DNA of 22,360 bases from Ramazzottius varieornatus. Its lineage: Eukaryota > Animalia > Tardigrada. Location: assembly GCA_001949185.1 (NCBI GenBank), contig BDGG01000021.1, positions 1-22,360 on the forward strand, given 5' to 3'. The translations under genes were made by a program, and so were the position numbers. The notes under the pieces were generated by a model that saw only the letters and a list, made by a program, of their open reading frames with translations, made no database searches and was not told where the DNA came from. Of the stretch, positions 8,886 through 20,151 are shown piece after piece; positions within the stretch are counted from its first letter, which is position 1, and each line of letters begins with the position of its first letter.

Positions 8886-11800
8886 ATGCTTTGTTTTTCC
8901 GTCTTGAGATGCTCCTCTAGCTCTACTTTGGCCACTTTTTCTAAATTTTTGTATCGGGGACGACTGTCCGTCAGGCTCAATCAGCCATCATTTGCCTTCT
9001 CCAGTTTTTCGCTGTGTGCAAGTTCCGCCGTTCGACGTAGGGTTTCACCTTGTCGGCGATTTCCTGTCTGTATCCAGCAGAAGTCATATTATGGGACAAC
9101 AAGTACGGACCAGGTGGCCGATGCCGATTCTTACTGGACTATCGAGCCACATGGAGCAGTTCGACTGCGCATGGACAGGTAAGACAGATCATTTCCGCCA
9201 TGTGCGGCCTGTTCGATTGACTTAACGCTTGAGCTCGCCATTGCCATATATCTTTCGTAGAAAATCACCAGAACTTGTTGGCTTGCACATGGCTGTAGTG
9301 GGCAATGGTCCCAAAAGTATAACATTTTTTGGTCCATGAGAAATTGTAAAGAGTTTCATTCACATCTTTCAAGCTGCATGGTTGTACGGACTGTATAATC
9401 CATCTGGTTTATTGTTGTTGTTTTTGGTTGGTGGATGTAGTGAGGCGGTTGGAGTGGACACTCCGGTGCAGTCGGTCGTCTCATGGTTCTCCGAGACGGC
9501 ACACCGGTTCCCCAATAAGGAGGCCATGAAAGTCAAGCGCGGTGGACAATGGCTAACCTGGACCTACAGCGACTACCTCCGAGATGTCCAAATCGCCGCT
9601 AAGGCTTTCATCCATCTTGGTCTTGAGCCCAGCCGTTCAGTGGGCATCCTTGGCTTCAACTCGCCCGAATGGTTCATTTCCGATATTGCCGCCATCTTTG
9701 CAGGGTAATTTCACTTATGTCCATTGTGCTGAATTTCCCGCTGGTAAAGGTCATGGCCAAATTGCTTTTGCCGACGTAGATTTTGAGTAATAGACTTCAT
9801 TTGTATGTCCTAGAGGTTTAGCCGTGGGAGTTTACACTACGAACACGGCGGAGGCCTGTCATTTCTGCGCCGCGGACTCGCACATGAACATTTACGTGGT
9901 GGAAGACAAGGTCCAGCTGAAAAAAATCCTCAAGGTTCGCAGTCACCTTCCACACCTGAAAGCCATCGTCCAGTACATTGGTGAGCCTGAAGGCGATCAC
10001 CCCCACCTCTACAGTTGGGCCCAGTTTATGCAGATGGGTCGCGACAGGCCGGACGAAGAGCTGGCCCAGCGACAGAAGGTCATTGCACCCAACAAGTGCT
10101 GTAACGTTATCTACACTTCCGGCACCACCGGCAGACCCAAAGGGGCCATGCTCAGCCATGACAACCTCATTTGGACGTCCAAGATGGTGGTCAAAATGGC
10201 TAAGTTGACGGCGAACGAAGTCTTCATCAGCTATCTGCCGCTGAGCCATGTGGCAGCGCAAATGACCGACCTGTATCTGCCCATAACGACAGGTGGTGTC
10301 GTCTACTTTGCCCCGCCGGAAGCCCTCAAAGGTCAAGGCTTGATCGAAACGTGGGTGGAAGCCAAACCGACGGCCTTGATTGGAGTACCGCGAGTGTGGG
10401 ACAAGATCCAGGAAAAGCTAGAGCAAGTTATGGAGCAGAAAAGGGGACTGAAGCAGAAGCTGTGCGAGTGGGCCATGAACCTGGGCCTAAGGGCTAATCT
10501 GGCCAAGGCCATGGGGTACGTCACAACTCTCCCCTTTCAGCAACCCACATGGCAGCTGGGCAGACGAACTGGACAAGACTGTTTACCCATATGGCGCGCC
10601 TCATCGGTCTTATTAGCTGGAGGAGTGCGCCATGTGGAAAAGCAATTCTCTCGACTTCCATCGTTTCCCAAGTGACGAACTCTTTCAGCTAATAACCCTG
10701 GTAGTATGCGCCACTTGAGAAAACTACTTGGGCCAGTTTGGCTCGCATTTCCTCGTGGCGCACGTTGCCAGTTTTACTGCTCGAAAGCGTGCGCTACTGG
10801 GAAGAGCAATCTCGTTGGGTTTCTTTACCGAAGCTCCCAATCATGAATCGAGTTACCTTCGTGGCACTTTGTGGATTAATAGGGCTCCTCCTGTCCGACC
10901 TTTCCTGTTCGGCATCGCGGACAGACTTGTCTATTCGAAAGTGCGGAGAGCCTTGGGTTTGGAGAGGACGCACTTTACTGCTAGTGGCGCCGCACCGATC
11001 ATGCGCGATACCCAAGAGTTCTTTCTCTCGCTAAACATCCCCATTTGCGATGTTTACGGCCTGAGCGAAACTTCTGGTAAGCCCAGTGCCTTGTCGACAT
11101 TGTCCGAAATGATGGTCAGTAATGCGCCTTTCTTCAACAGCACCCCATACCGTGAACTTACCTGACTCATCACGAATTGGCTCTGCTGGCCGAAATTTAA
11201 CCGGTGTCCGCTCGAAAATTGCCGTGCTGGATAACGACGGAAATGGCGAAGTATAGCTCAGCACCGGATTCATCCAATGCATTTTCTAACTTCTCAATAA
11301 AATCATTCCTAATTTTATTATCAAATTTCCTTATCATTTTAATATTATTTTATCATTATTTTCATTTTGAAAGGAAATGATTTCAAAAATAACATGTTAT
11401 CTCCATAGATTTGTATGTACGGTCGTCATGTATTCATGGGTTACCTGGGCTTGAGAGATGAGACTCAGCGAACCTTCGACAAGGAAAACTACTTCCTTTC
11501 CGGAGACATTGGCAAGTTCGACCAGGACGGATACCTTTTCATCACCGGTCGTGTCAAAGAGTTGCTGAAGACGGCAGGAGGAGAAAAGATCGCCCCTTTA
11601 GCCTTAGAAGACAACATTAAGGCCGAACTACCCATTGTCAGCCAAGCCATGGTCATTGGCGATAAACGAAAGTTCCTCAGCGTCTTCCTTACGCTAAAAA
11701 CGGAGATGGACATTAAGTCAGGGAAACCCTTGGATACTCTGACGGCACCTGCGCAAGCTTGGTAAGTGACCGAGACTCAGTACACCGGAAAGAGAACGAA

Positions 11801-12404
11801 GCAAACAAACACTACAAGATGGTTTTTCGCCCAAGTGACGCACTCTTCCAGCCGGAAGCGCTGAGAAGTTGCGCCGCCTGAGAAAATAAAATTGGTTTTC
11901 TACAGTAAGTGGCGCAGGTCTTTGACTAATAAGACATGCCGCGTGCGCCACTTAGGGAAATAGTTATGTCGAGTTTGTTTGCTGAGCTGCCAAATGAATG
12001 ATGGTGATGCCCTGTTCTTGTGTACAGGATCGAGGAGAAGTGCAAGGTGAGCGTTACGACCTTAGCTCAAGCTCGTTACCTGGACGTTTTGAAAAAAGAA
12101 ATTCAGAGGGGTATTGACAAAGCCAACCTTAAGGCGCAAAGTAATGCCCAGGTCGTACGGAAATTTCTGATTCTTCCTGTCGACTTCAGCGTTCCCGGTG
12201 GAGAACTTGGTACGTCAGCTTTCGAAAAGAACTGCTGTCCAACATGTAGAAAACTAGCAAGTATTGATAGAGAGCTGCGTGGCTAGGGTGATCAGGTTTG
12301 ACAGGGGTTCTCTGTTGCTTGCAGGCCCGACGTTGAAGCTGAAAAGGCCCAGTGTTGTGGAAAAATACGCGGACGAAATCGAGGAACTGTATGACGGCCA
12401 TTAA
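8886..12404 (+). CDS. ACSBG: Long-chain fatty-acid--CoA ligase, ACSBG/bubblegum family
   Basis: Exons 8886-9178, 9441-9704, 9814-10515, 10883-11076, 11141-11250, 11409-11761, 12028-12209 and 12325-12404 splice in phase. Motifs: [97 protein letters not shown] and [17 protein letters not shown]. The start codon is less certain. Confidence 0.95.
10549..10840. repeat. Intronic palindromic array G: 3 units
   Basis: Left arms at 10591, 10672 and 10755; all spacers 25 nt. Lies in ACSBG intron 10516-10882. Confidence 0.87.
11800..11993. repeat. Intronic palindromic array H: 2 units
   Basis: Left arms at 11835 and 11909; spacers 25 nt. Lies in ACSBG intron 11762-12027. Confidence 0.85.
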
Positions 12405-12979
12405 AGAAGAAGACTGAACAATATTTTTGTCTTTTTTCCGTTTAACGTACTGATGGGCAGACGTCCAGAAGTATTGATGGACAGTTGCTGCAATAGCTCG
12501 ATGGTCCACAGTATCATTCCCTGCGGTCTAGATTGCAAATGCTGCGACGGAACTACACGGTTTGGTGCTTCGATCAATTCCTGCTCCATCATTTCCTTCT
12601 TAATCTGCAATTCAGTGACGCTCTGGCTTGAAGATGGTCTGCTTGTGGTCGGCTGTCTTTTTTATAATACATATCTTCTTCATAAGCACCAGCGCTTACT
12701 TTCACTGTAATTTGGCGTCAATAGGGCGTCGGCTGCTGGAGTGGCAGCAGCGTACATGGAAGCAACTACTTAACCTGGGTGTCTGGCAGCTAGCCTGACA
12801 ATGCGAGCCCGAAGTGTTGCTGAAGAGGGAATTCGATTTCAGTGTAATACGAGGGTTGGCGAGTTTGTCCCAAAGGGCGCCTTCTGTGGCCCAAGGTGGG
12901 CGAGGTAAGGCCACGAGCCGTTGGCCGGTGGGTGGCACTGTAAAGATTGAACGACTACGATGGTCTGATTGCTGAGTAG

Positions 12980-15553
12980 CTATACTTTATTATGCAGTTT
13001 CTGCAAGGTACTGTGCTTTGCTTTCCTTTTGCGGACAATAATACTGTTACAAAGAAGAGGTTTGGTTACTCGATGCAGATGGCGAATCACAGGTAGGGGA
13101 TCAAAGAGGGCCAAGTCGCGCTCTAAAGCTCTGGCTATGGTCACTAATTCAAAGTCTTTGGCCAGTTCTTGCAGCTCGACCGTTACCGCGCGACTTCGGC
13201 TGGGTAGGCGGTCAAGGTACATCAGGTCCAGCAGCAGGTGCAGCTGCCTCAGGCTCAAATGACATTTGTAGACGAAAGGTTGTCCTTGGTCCTTGCGTAA
13301 CAGCCGGCGGAAGAGGTTGCTCTTGCCGGCCAGCACGAAGCGATGAGCTTTGACGTGCTGCCAGTCGGCCGACTGTAGCACGGCGTCGTAGCGAGCCTGA
13401 TGGGCTGAACTGTGCCGTAGCGTCGCCATCACAGCCGGCGTTCTGACGTGGTGCTGGTGGTGGTCACGAAAGGCGAAACTTATCCGGCTGACTCTTCTCA
13501 AGCTCAGTGCCACGCTGGATAAGGTGCCCGGTTGCAGTATCTGCAGGGAGACCACACAGGTAAAACCGGCCGAAAAACCTTTCAGGCTGGCCGTCGAGAA
13601 CAGCTTTGGCCAGCCGTGACCGGCTGCTTCCTTGTAAAACTCATCCACCTGAAACACACACAACACCATGTCAACGCAAACCTGCGCAAAAGGGATAATC
13701 TACATACGTAGATCATCGAAGTAACAACCCCCCCCCTTTCCTTTCTATTCAACAAGCCGACAAACGAAACGTACAGATTCAAGTGGCGCACGTTTTTGGC
13801 CAAAAACAGTGATGACGCGCGCCACATCAGAACAGGTTCGCACGGAGTTTCCAAAGTGGCGCACGCTTTCATCTACTGATAGAAAAGAGCTGCGCCACTT
13901 GCGGAAGAGAGTCAAAGTGGACAAGATGGTTCTTTTCAGGTTGCCGGCCACCCAGAAAAACAATCTTGGACATGTGATCTGGCGGTCATCCATCTGCTTA
14001 TGTTGCGGTTGAAGCTTGGTTCTAAGGATGAAAGCTCACGAGGGACCTTACTGACCATGTCACTCGCCGATCACGAAACCAACGCTTTTTTGTGATAGCT
14101 GAGGCCCTTAGCTCTCTACAAAATATCGGGAAGAACGGCGAATAACCACTTCCTGGAGCTGGAGGAAATCCCCAAGGTGCGTCGTTCACCGTAGAACCGG
14201 TGTTATAGCCTGTATAGCGTTGCAGAAGACGATCCAAAAACTGGTCGGTTATCCAATGAAACTCCAGATTTAACGTGTAAAAGGTATAATGATGTTTTGA
14301 ACCTTATACAGTTCTACCTCCGAGATGTGACAATTGCTTCTTCCGCGACCGAACATCAGTTTCGCATGGGACGGCTCGCCAAACGTCGAGCAACACGATC
14401 AGCTGATCGACGATTTGTTCGGGGTTGACTTGATCAAGTATTCAAGTGTGTATTCGATCAGCTGATCGGTCTCGGGCGAACAGTGTGGTGGCCAGGCTGG
14501 GGAAAAATATGAGCCGTCCAAAAACAAGATCGGGCGTTCGAACTGTCACATCTCGGAGGTAGAACTGTACAGGCTACCACCAACGAAAGAAGCGAACTTT
14601 TCGGAAAGATTTTTGAATTTGATAATCCACAATTGATGATACGTATTGCGGCGCTGTAACAGATTCCGTCAGAAACTACAGAAAATACTTTGAACACGAG
14701 TTTGGTCATTCCTCACTGGTACGAGGTTCGGAACATCATTTTACACCTTCCGCACGTGAAATCTGGAGTTTCATTGGATAACCGACCAGTTTTTGGATCG
14801 TCTTCTGCAACGCTATACAGGCTATAACACCGGTTCTACGGTGAACGACGCACCTTGGGGATTTCCTCCAGCTCCAGGAAGTGGTTATTCGCCGTTCTTC
14901 CCGATATTTTGTAGAGAGCTAAGGGCCTCAGCTATCACAAAAAAGCGTTGGTTTCGTGATCGGCGAGTGACATGGTCTGAAGGGTCCCTCGTCAGTGGTG
15001 CGGTGATACAGTCTTATAAATGGAGCAAGACCTTCATACGGGGACACTGCATGAAGCGTTCCATGTTGGTGGCAACGGCCGAGTCGATGTCACTATCGCC
15101 ATTCAAGACGGTGGTCATCATGCGGGCTTCGACCATCTCGTGGGGCCCTTCCTTCAGGCGGACATATAGCGAAGCAAACTTTTGGTCATCGGGGATATAG
15201 CGTGCAGGGAACCATTCCATGTCGGGGTGGCTGTAGTTGGAGGGATGGCCGTCGGGGTAAAAGTGCAGAGCCCACTTGGTGCAGTAGGAGCCGTCGACCG
15301 TCTCGCAGGTCAGCATGGGCTTCTTCTGCCTCGGCCCCACCGTGAAGATGTGCTGGCCCTGACAGCGGAAGACAATATGCAGGAATTGCGTGTTGACGAC
15401 ACAGTGGGCCGAGGACAGGCGTTGACCACGCTGCAGGCCATCACAGGCGATGGGTAAGGCGCAAGTGGCCGATGGCTCGCAGTGCGTTTCCCAACAGCTG
15501 CGCTGCCTCACTGGCCAATGGCCACAGCTTCCGCCTCTTCGCTGGCCGCTCAT
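12980..15553 (-). CDS. MATH-BTB (SPOP-like architecture) protein
   Basis: Exon 15553(or 15667)-15032 has MATH-like KWALHFYPDG...ASLYVRL...VEAR. A phase-0 intron 15031-13649 follows. The exon from 13648 has FYKEAAGHGWPKLF and BTB-like YDAVLQSADWQHVKAHRFVLAGKSNLFRRLL...LLDLMY...LQELAKDFEL. The 3' end may splice on towards ~12700. Confidence 0.8.
13750..13975. repeat. Intronic palindromic array I: 2 units plus a remnant
   Basis: Left arms at 13783 and 13856; spacers 25 nt. Lies in the MATH-BTB intron. Confidence 0.85.
14038..14992. mobile_element. 955-bp foldback element with ~270-bp inverted arms
   Basis: 14053-14271 is an exact reverse complement of 14759-14977 (219 bp). Termini are ACGAGGGACC...GGTCCCTCGT and the inner margins are diverged. 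No coding capacity recognised and no clean TSD. Confidence 0.8.
14309..14567. mobile_element. 259-bp Tc1/mariner-superfamily (pogo-like) MITE nested in the foldback
   Basis: Perfect 24-bp TIRs CAGTTCTACCTCCGAGATGTGACA, with TA on both sides (14307-14308 and 14568-14569). Two internal CGATCAGCTGATCG palindromes at 14396 and 14455. Confidence 0.88.
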
Positions 15554-15935
15554 TGTAAGGACTGCCAGCCAAGCTAAACCTCCATCCTCTAACTCTCTCC
15601 ACCGAAAGCAGGGCTTTCTTGAAGTGTCTTTAAAACTTGAAATAGAGGACTTGAAACCGAGTTTCATTTTCGAAGAAATTCTCTCATTGGACCGTTACCA
15701 TAGTCGCCGTCTCTTCTTCATCTACAACCGTCCATTTCATTTACTTCCACACCATCCCCAACCAACTCTTGTGGTTTTTGTTTATTTCCTGGTCAGACTG
15801 TCGTTTGACGCTCCGTTGAATTCAAAACTGATTTTGTAATACTTCAAAAACAACCAAAGTTTTGTTGCTAAATTTCCACCGTCAAGGTCTTGTGTTATTA
15901 GTGAGAATTATATTCTTGCTTGCGGTGCGCGATCG

Positions 15936-16418
15936 ATGGAGAAGATGAAGAAGCAGTTGAAGATGGGCGGTACCAAGGAGAAGGGTTTAGGCGAGCAGCT
16001 GGATGAGGCGTCGATGTTGAGCTACAAGAAGCGATTGGCGGCCTTCTGCGTCTGTTACGTCCTGGGCGTCCTCTGCTCCCTCTTCGGCTGCTGCGCATTA
16101 TGGATACCGCAGCAGGGCCTGCTGCTCTTTGCCGCCCTCTACACCGGCGGCAACCTCATCAGTCTGGCCAGTACCTGCTTCTTGAAAGGGCCGCTGAAGC
16201 AGCTGAAAGAGATGTTTGCCGAAACGCGGTGGATAGCCACCCTGCTCATGTTCCTCTTTATGGGCCTGACGCTGATGGCCGCCCTGTGGCTCAAGAACTT
16301 TGTGCTGGTGGTGGTCTTTTGTGCTTGTCAGTACCTGGCCTTGACCTGGTACTCCTTATCCTACATCCCCATGGCTCGCAAATTCGTCAAGGACCGCATC
16401 GAGTCGCTCGCCGGCTAA
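15936..16418 (+). CDS. SFT2: Vesicle transport protein SFT2-like (Got1/Sft2 family, SFT2D1/2-like), intronless
   Basis: 160 aa with four hydrophobic segments. Motifs LSYKKRLAAF..C...G, FAALYTGGNLISLASTCFLKGPLKQLKEMFAETRWIAT and QYLALTWYSLSYIPMAR. Confidence 0.95.
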   Translation: MEKMKKQLKMGGTKEKGLGEQLDEASMLSYKKRLAAFCVCYVLGVLCSLFGCCALWIPQQGLLLFAALYTGGNLISLASTCFLKGPLKQLKEMFAETRWIATLLMFLFMGLTLMAALWLKNFVLVVVFCACQYLALTWYSLSYIPMARKFVKDRIESLAG

Positions 16419-16982
16419 CTTAAGATCCAAGCAAAGGCAGCCACTCAGACTTTGTTACTGCTGTCAGATCAGATGGCCGCTACAACACCAAGACGGACCT
16501 CAGCCTCGCCCCCCACCAAACGCCCAGCCCATCACCAACTCATCATGACCAGGGACCTACAAAGGCGCCTACCAGCTCTCCAGCTTGATTAACCGGCAAA
16601 GCAGTAAATAAGAAGGATTGTCTCGCTGCAGGAGTCGCCACGTAACGCCGGCACACACGACGACTGTCTGATGGGCATCCTCAGCACCTTACGCAGCGCA
16701 GCGCTAAACCTTACCCGAACAAGATACTGCCTCATTACGGTCGCCAGTAGATCGAGGGATATGTACAAGTGAGCCTTGACTGCTAGCTTCGGGGCATGCT
16801 CTTTTCCCTCATCTTCTTTCCATATAATATTATCCCTTGTCCATTGTTGATTGGGTTTGCCTTGTTGGTTGACCTGCTGTCTTTTCTAGCGTAATAATAT
16901 ACTGTAAGTGCTGTGTGGTCTGCGGCCGCACTTTCCTTTATAAATGATGATACAGCCTAGTTGCTATAGAAGAGCTGTATGG

Positions 16983-17011
16983 TGCTCCATGCTCCATGCT
17001 CCATGCTCCAT
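16983..17011 (+). repeat. Short tandem repeat (TGCTCCA)x4
   Basis: Read directly in the sequence. Confidence 0.9.
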
Positions 17012-17087
17012 TTGCCAGTTAGCCTAGTGGCCGTGCCGTGCTTTGGTCCGGCTCTTTTCCATCGAGGATTGAGTGGAAGTGGTCATC

Positions 17088-19867
17088 ATGACCGAAGCTG
17101 TCTCAGCGTTACCTGTCAGCGCGACCGTTGCCGACCGTCCACCACCACCTTTGTCCCCAGCCGACTACGGGCAGCCCAACGTTGCAGCGGACTGTACCTT
17201 GCTGGCCGATCAGTTCGATACCCTCTTGACTTTATTCCAGAACACACCCACTTCGTTGCTCGATGCTGTCAACGTTAATGCCTCGTTGGTTCCATCCACC
17301 AGCGCAGTCCACCTGCCCAACAGCGCAAAGCTGTCCGATGAAGAGGACCAGCAGCCTTCCGGCCGAAGTACACCACCGCTGGAGGTCCTGCAGAGGATAG
17401 CCCAGGAGGACCAGGATAAAGCCCTGATGGAAGCCCAAAGCAACCTATTTACTTGGAGCTTCAAAGAAGGAAGCTACTACGGCGCCGTCTTTGACGAAGG
17501 CCATTATGATCTGGACTGCTACGGAGAAGCAACTTACCGCTCCATTCAGGCATTCTTTGATAAACTACCGACATATAAACTGTGGTGGACAGCCAATGTC
17601 CAAGGTAACAGCCAGGGCATCAAGGAAGAAATGGCCTGCGATGCTGACCCACTGTACATCCATTCGTAAGTCACCAAACAATGACCTCCCCCCCCTTCCT
17701 TTTCAGCATCACAGGACTCTTTTTAGACAGCAACGCAAGCTCGCTTCTTTTCAATCAAGATTTGCTGCTCGAGTAAAGTAACGTATGACGTCATCGCGGA
17801 CTGCTTCACTAATGGCCGAACGCTGCTGAGAGTTTTGTGTTGTGGTGACGTCATGCGCTAGGTTGTCCGACATGTGACGTCTTTTGGCCGTAGATCAGGC
17901 TAAGTACGGATCCGTTGGTTCGGTTCTTTGGGACGTTGCTAACCAAAGGTCTGGTGGATACCTTTCGCAATGTTCTGAAAGTGGTACGAGCCAACCAAGC
18001 GGACTATGTTTATCGTTTCCAATGTGGAACTCTGACAGAAGATGACGTGCTGCTCAAGAAGGAACCTCAATTGCTCATCATCGTGGCCGACTTATTCGGC
18101 CAAATTGAAGCTCTACACAGGAATGGTTAGTTCCAACTCCGACGGTCGTGTTTCCGGTTTCCTGATTTGAGCGGAAGTTGATTACAGCTATGCACGAGGA
18201 AGCCTTCGGCAAGTGCCTGCAAGCCTTGAAGGAAAGCAGGGCAGACTATCAAGCCTATCTGCCGGTCATTGCCGACGTCTTGACCGTCTACTTATATAAC
18301 TTGGCCAAGTACTGTTCGCTGGATCAAGGACAGAGCCAAGCTGTAGCTAGCTGTCTGTTGGCCGACTTCTGGAGAGAAAAAGGTTGGACAGCTTGGCAGA
18401 GTCTTTTCCGTCCAACCTTGCCTAATCCAAGCTGAAACAGACTTGCGCTTGCAGGACATGAACTGTTCGCTTTCAAGCTGTACAGCGACGTTCTCTTTCT
18501 GGGCCAAAGCCGAGCCTGGTTCCTTCCCAGCAAGGAAGAGGAGCGGCTGTCCGATTATGCAGCCCGCCATCTCTTTCTCTGTTACATTCGCTGGGGCAAG
18601 GCACAGAGCAACCCGGAAGTGGCCGAAGGCTTCTTCAACAAGGCCAAGAAAGTGGCCGAACATCGTAAGCTCTCCGCAGCACTAAAACTAGTATATTATA
18701 AAAGTCATCGAAATCTTCAACATTGATTAGGCCCATGCCAATCTGTTTTGTTACAGTAAAAAAGACGGACTTGATAGCAACAGCGTTGGCCTATCTTGTC
18801 GAAGCCAACGCCTTTCTCAAGCGGATCGCCTTGGAAGGTTTTCGTGCTGTAAGCATAAACGATCTTGAGCACTACATTGTGATAGCAAAGGAGAACGAGC
18901 AATTATTAAAGTACAATATCCTATAGGAGCTTTTGGAACTTAAAGCCAAACTGGAGGCCGAAGGAACGTGGACTGAAGAGCTATCGCAGTTGTTTTCTTG
19001 GGCGGGAGCCCTGCTGGACCTTCGGTAAGTCCTTCCTTTGGTCAGACGACTAATTTCTATCGTTGGCTTCTTGACTAAGGGCAAGGAAACATCCTCAGGA
19101 CGCGGCGGAAAAAGTAAAGAGCTATATTGAGTTTCTGCAAAATGGAAACGATTTCTATCAGCTACATAAAGCCTACCGAGAACTGGCGCTCACCTACGAC
19201 TCGTTGGTAAGACTTCCCTTCCCTCTAGAAAATTTGAAAAATTCCCAAAAGGTTTGAAGATTCTCTTTGGGTGCTTTGACATACAGTTTTGAATGCGCCC
19301 ACTGCTAAATATTCAATATGAAATATTGGACGTCGGCAAATGAATCGAACACGATTGTTATATCGAGTGGCGCACGTTATCAGTGTGGGTGGCTGGCAGC
19401 GTGCGTCAGTTAGGGAAACGATCATGCTGATTTCTCAAGTGGCGTATGTTCGCGGTTTCATTGGCTTAGAGTGTGCGCCACTTGGTGTAGCGATGATATT
19501 TAAACCATTTGCTGAGGTTCATCTCGTTCCGTAGGATCGTACGCACATAGCGTTAGAGTTGTTCAAGTCAGCGTGGCAGTCAAGGCGGGTCTGTCCTCTC
19601 TTACCTGACGTCGAAGAGGTTGGTCTAAAACTGACGGACATCTCCATCGTCCCACCAAGCTACACTTACGACAATGTTGACTTTGTCCCGTACATCAAGC
19701 AAGTTTATGCTGACATCGCGGCGCCCGAACGACGAAAGCGTGCGCTGGACATTTGTCGGCTCTACCTGGAAACAAAACAGCCTGAAGAAACGCTCAGCGA
19801 AGACAGTCATCCACCTTTACCTTCCATCGACCACGAAATTCTTCGAAACGACCATGCTTCTTCGTGA
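17088..19867 (+). CDS. Uncharacterised multi-exon alpha-helical, possibly TPR-like, protein
   Basis: Long first exon from 17088 to the GTAAGT donor near 17666. The later exons join in phase (intron 18849-18926, exon ending at 19206, exon 19535-19867). Contains TPR-like LHKAYRELALTYDSL-DRTHIALELFKSAW. Splicing around 17666-17894 is unresolved. Confidence 0.68.
19325..19500. repeat. Intronic palindromic array J: 2 units
   Basis: Left arms at 19367 and 19439; spacers 25 nt. Lies in intron 19207-19534. Confidence 0.85.
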
Positions 19868-20151
19868 CAAACACCTTTCCAAACTTCGTTTATCAATAGA
19901 TGCTTTTCTTCCCAAACGTACAAGAAACTTCCTCACGTTCGAGAACCATTTAGACAAACAGCGTGGGATGACTGGGGGGAAAAATAGCGCATCTTCGTTT
20001 ATCGTCAAGCTTGGAATTCTTGAAGAACTGACAAGTGAAAAGTGTTCTTTGGTGAAACATTTGTAAGCGTCAGAAAACACATTTCTAGGCAATCATAAAA
20101 CGTACGTGGAATTCATGGAAAGGAAAATAAGACAAGACGACGACGAGTTTC

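Noticed and set aside
10983-10995. GTGGCGCCGCAC in an ACSBG exon as a family member
   Set aside because: It encodes the conserved SGAAP motif and has no partner arm.
14022-15200. Twin ORFs MDRLLQRYTGY...
   Set aside because: They are by-products of the inverted repeat arms, intronic or antisense to MATH-BTB, with no recognisable domain.
16419-16800. Coding-like sequence after SFT2
   Set aside because: Only short frames with no coherent gene model; probably UTR.
18924-18926. Apparent premature TAG or readthrough
   Set aside because: It is the acceptor of a phase-0 GTAAGC...TAG intron at 18849-18926.
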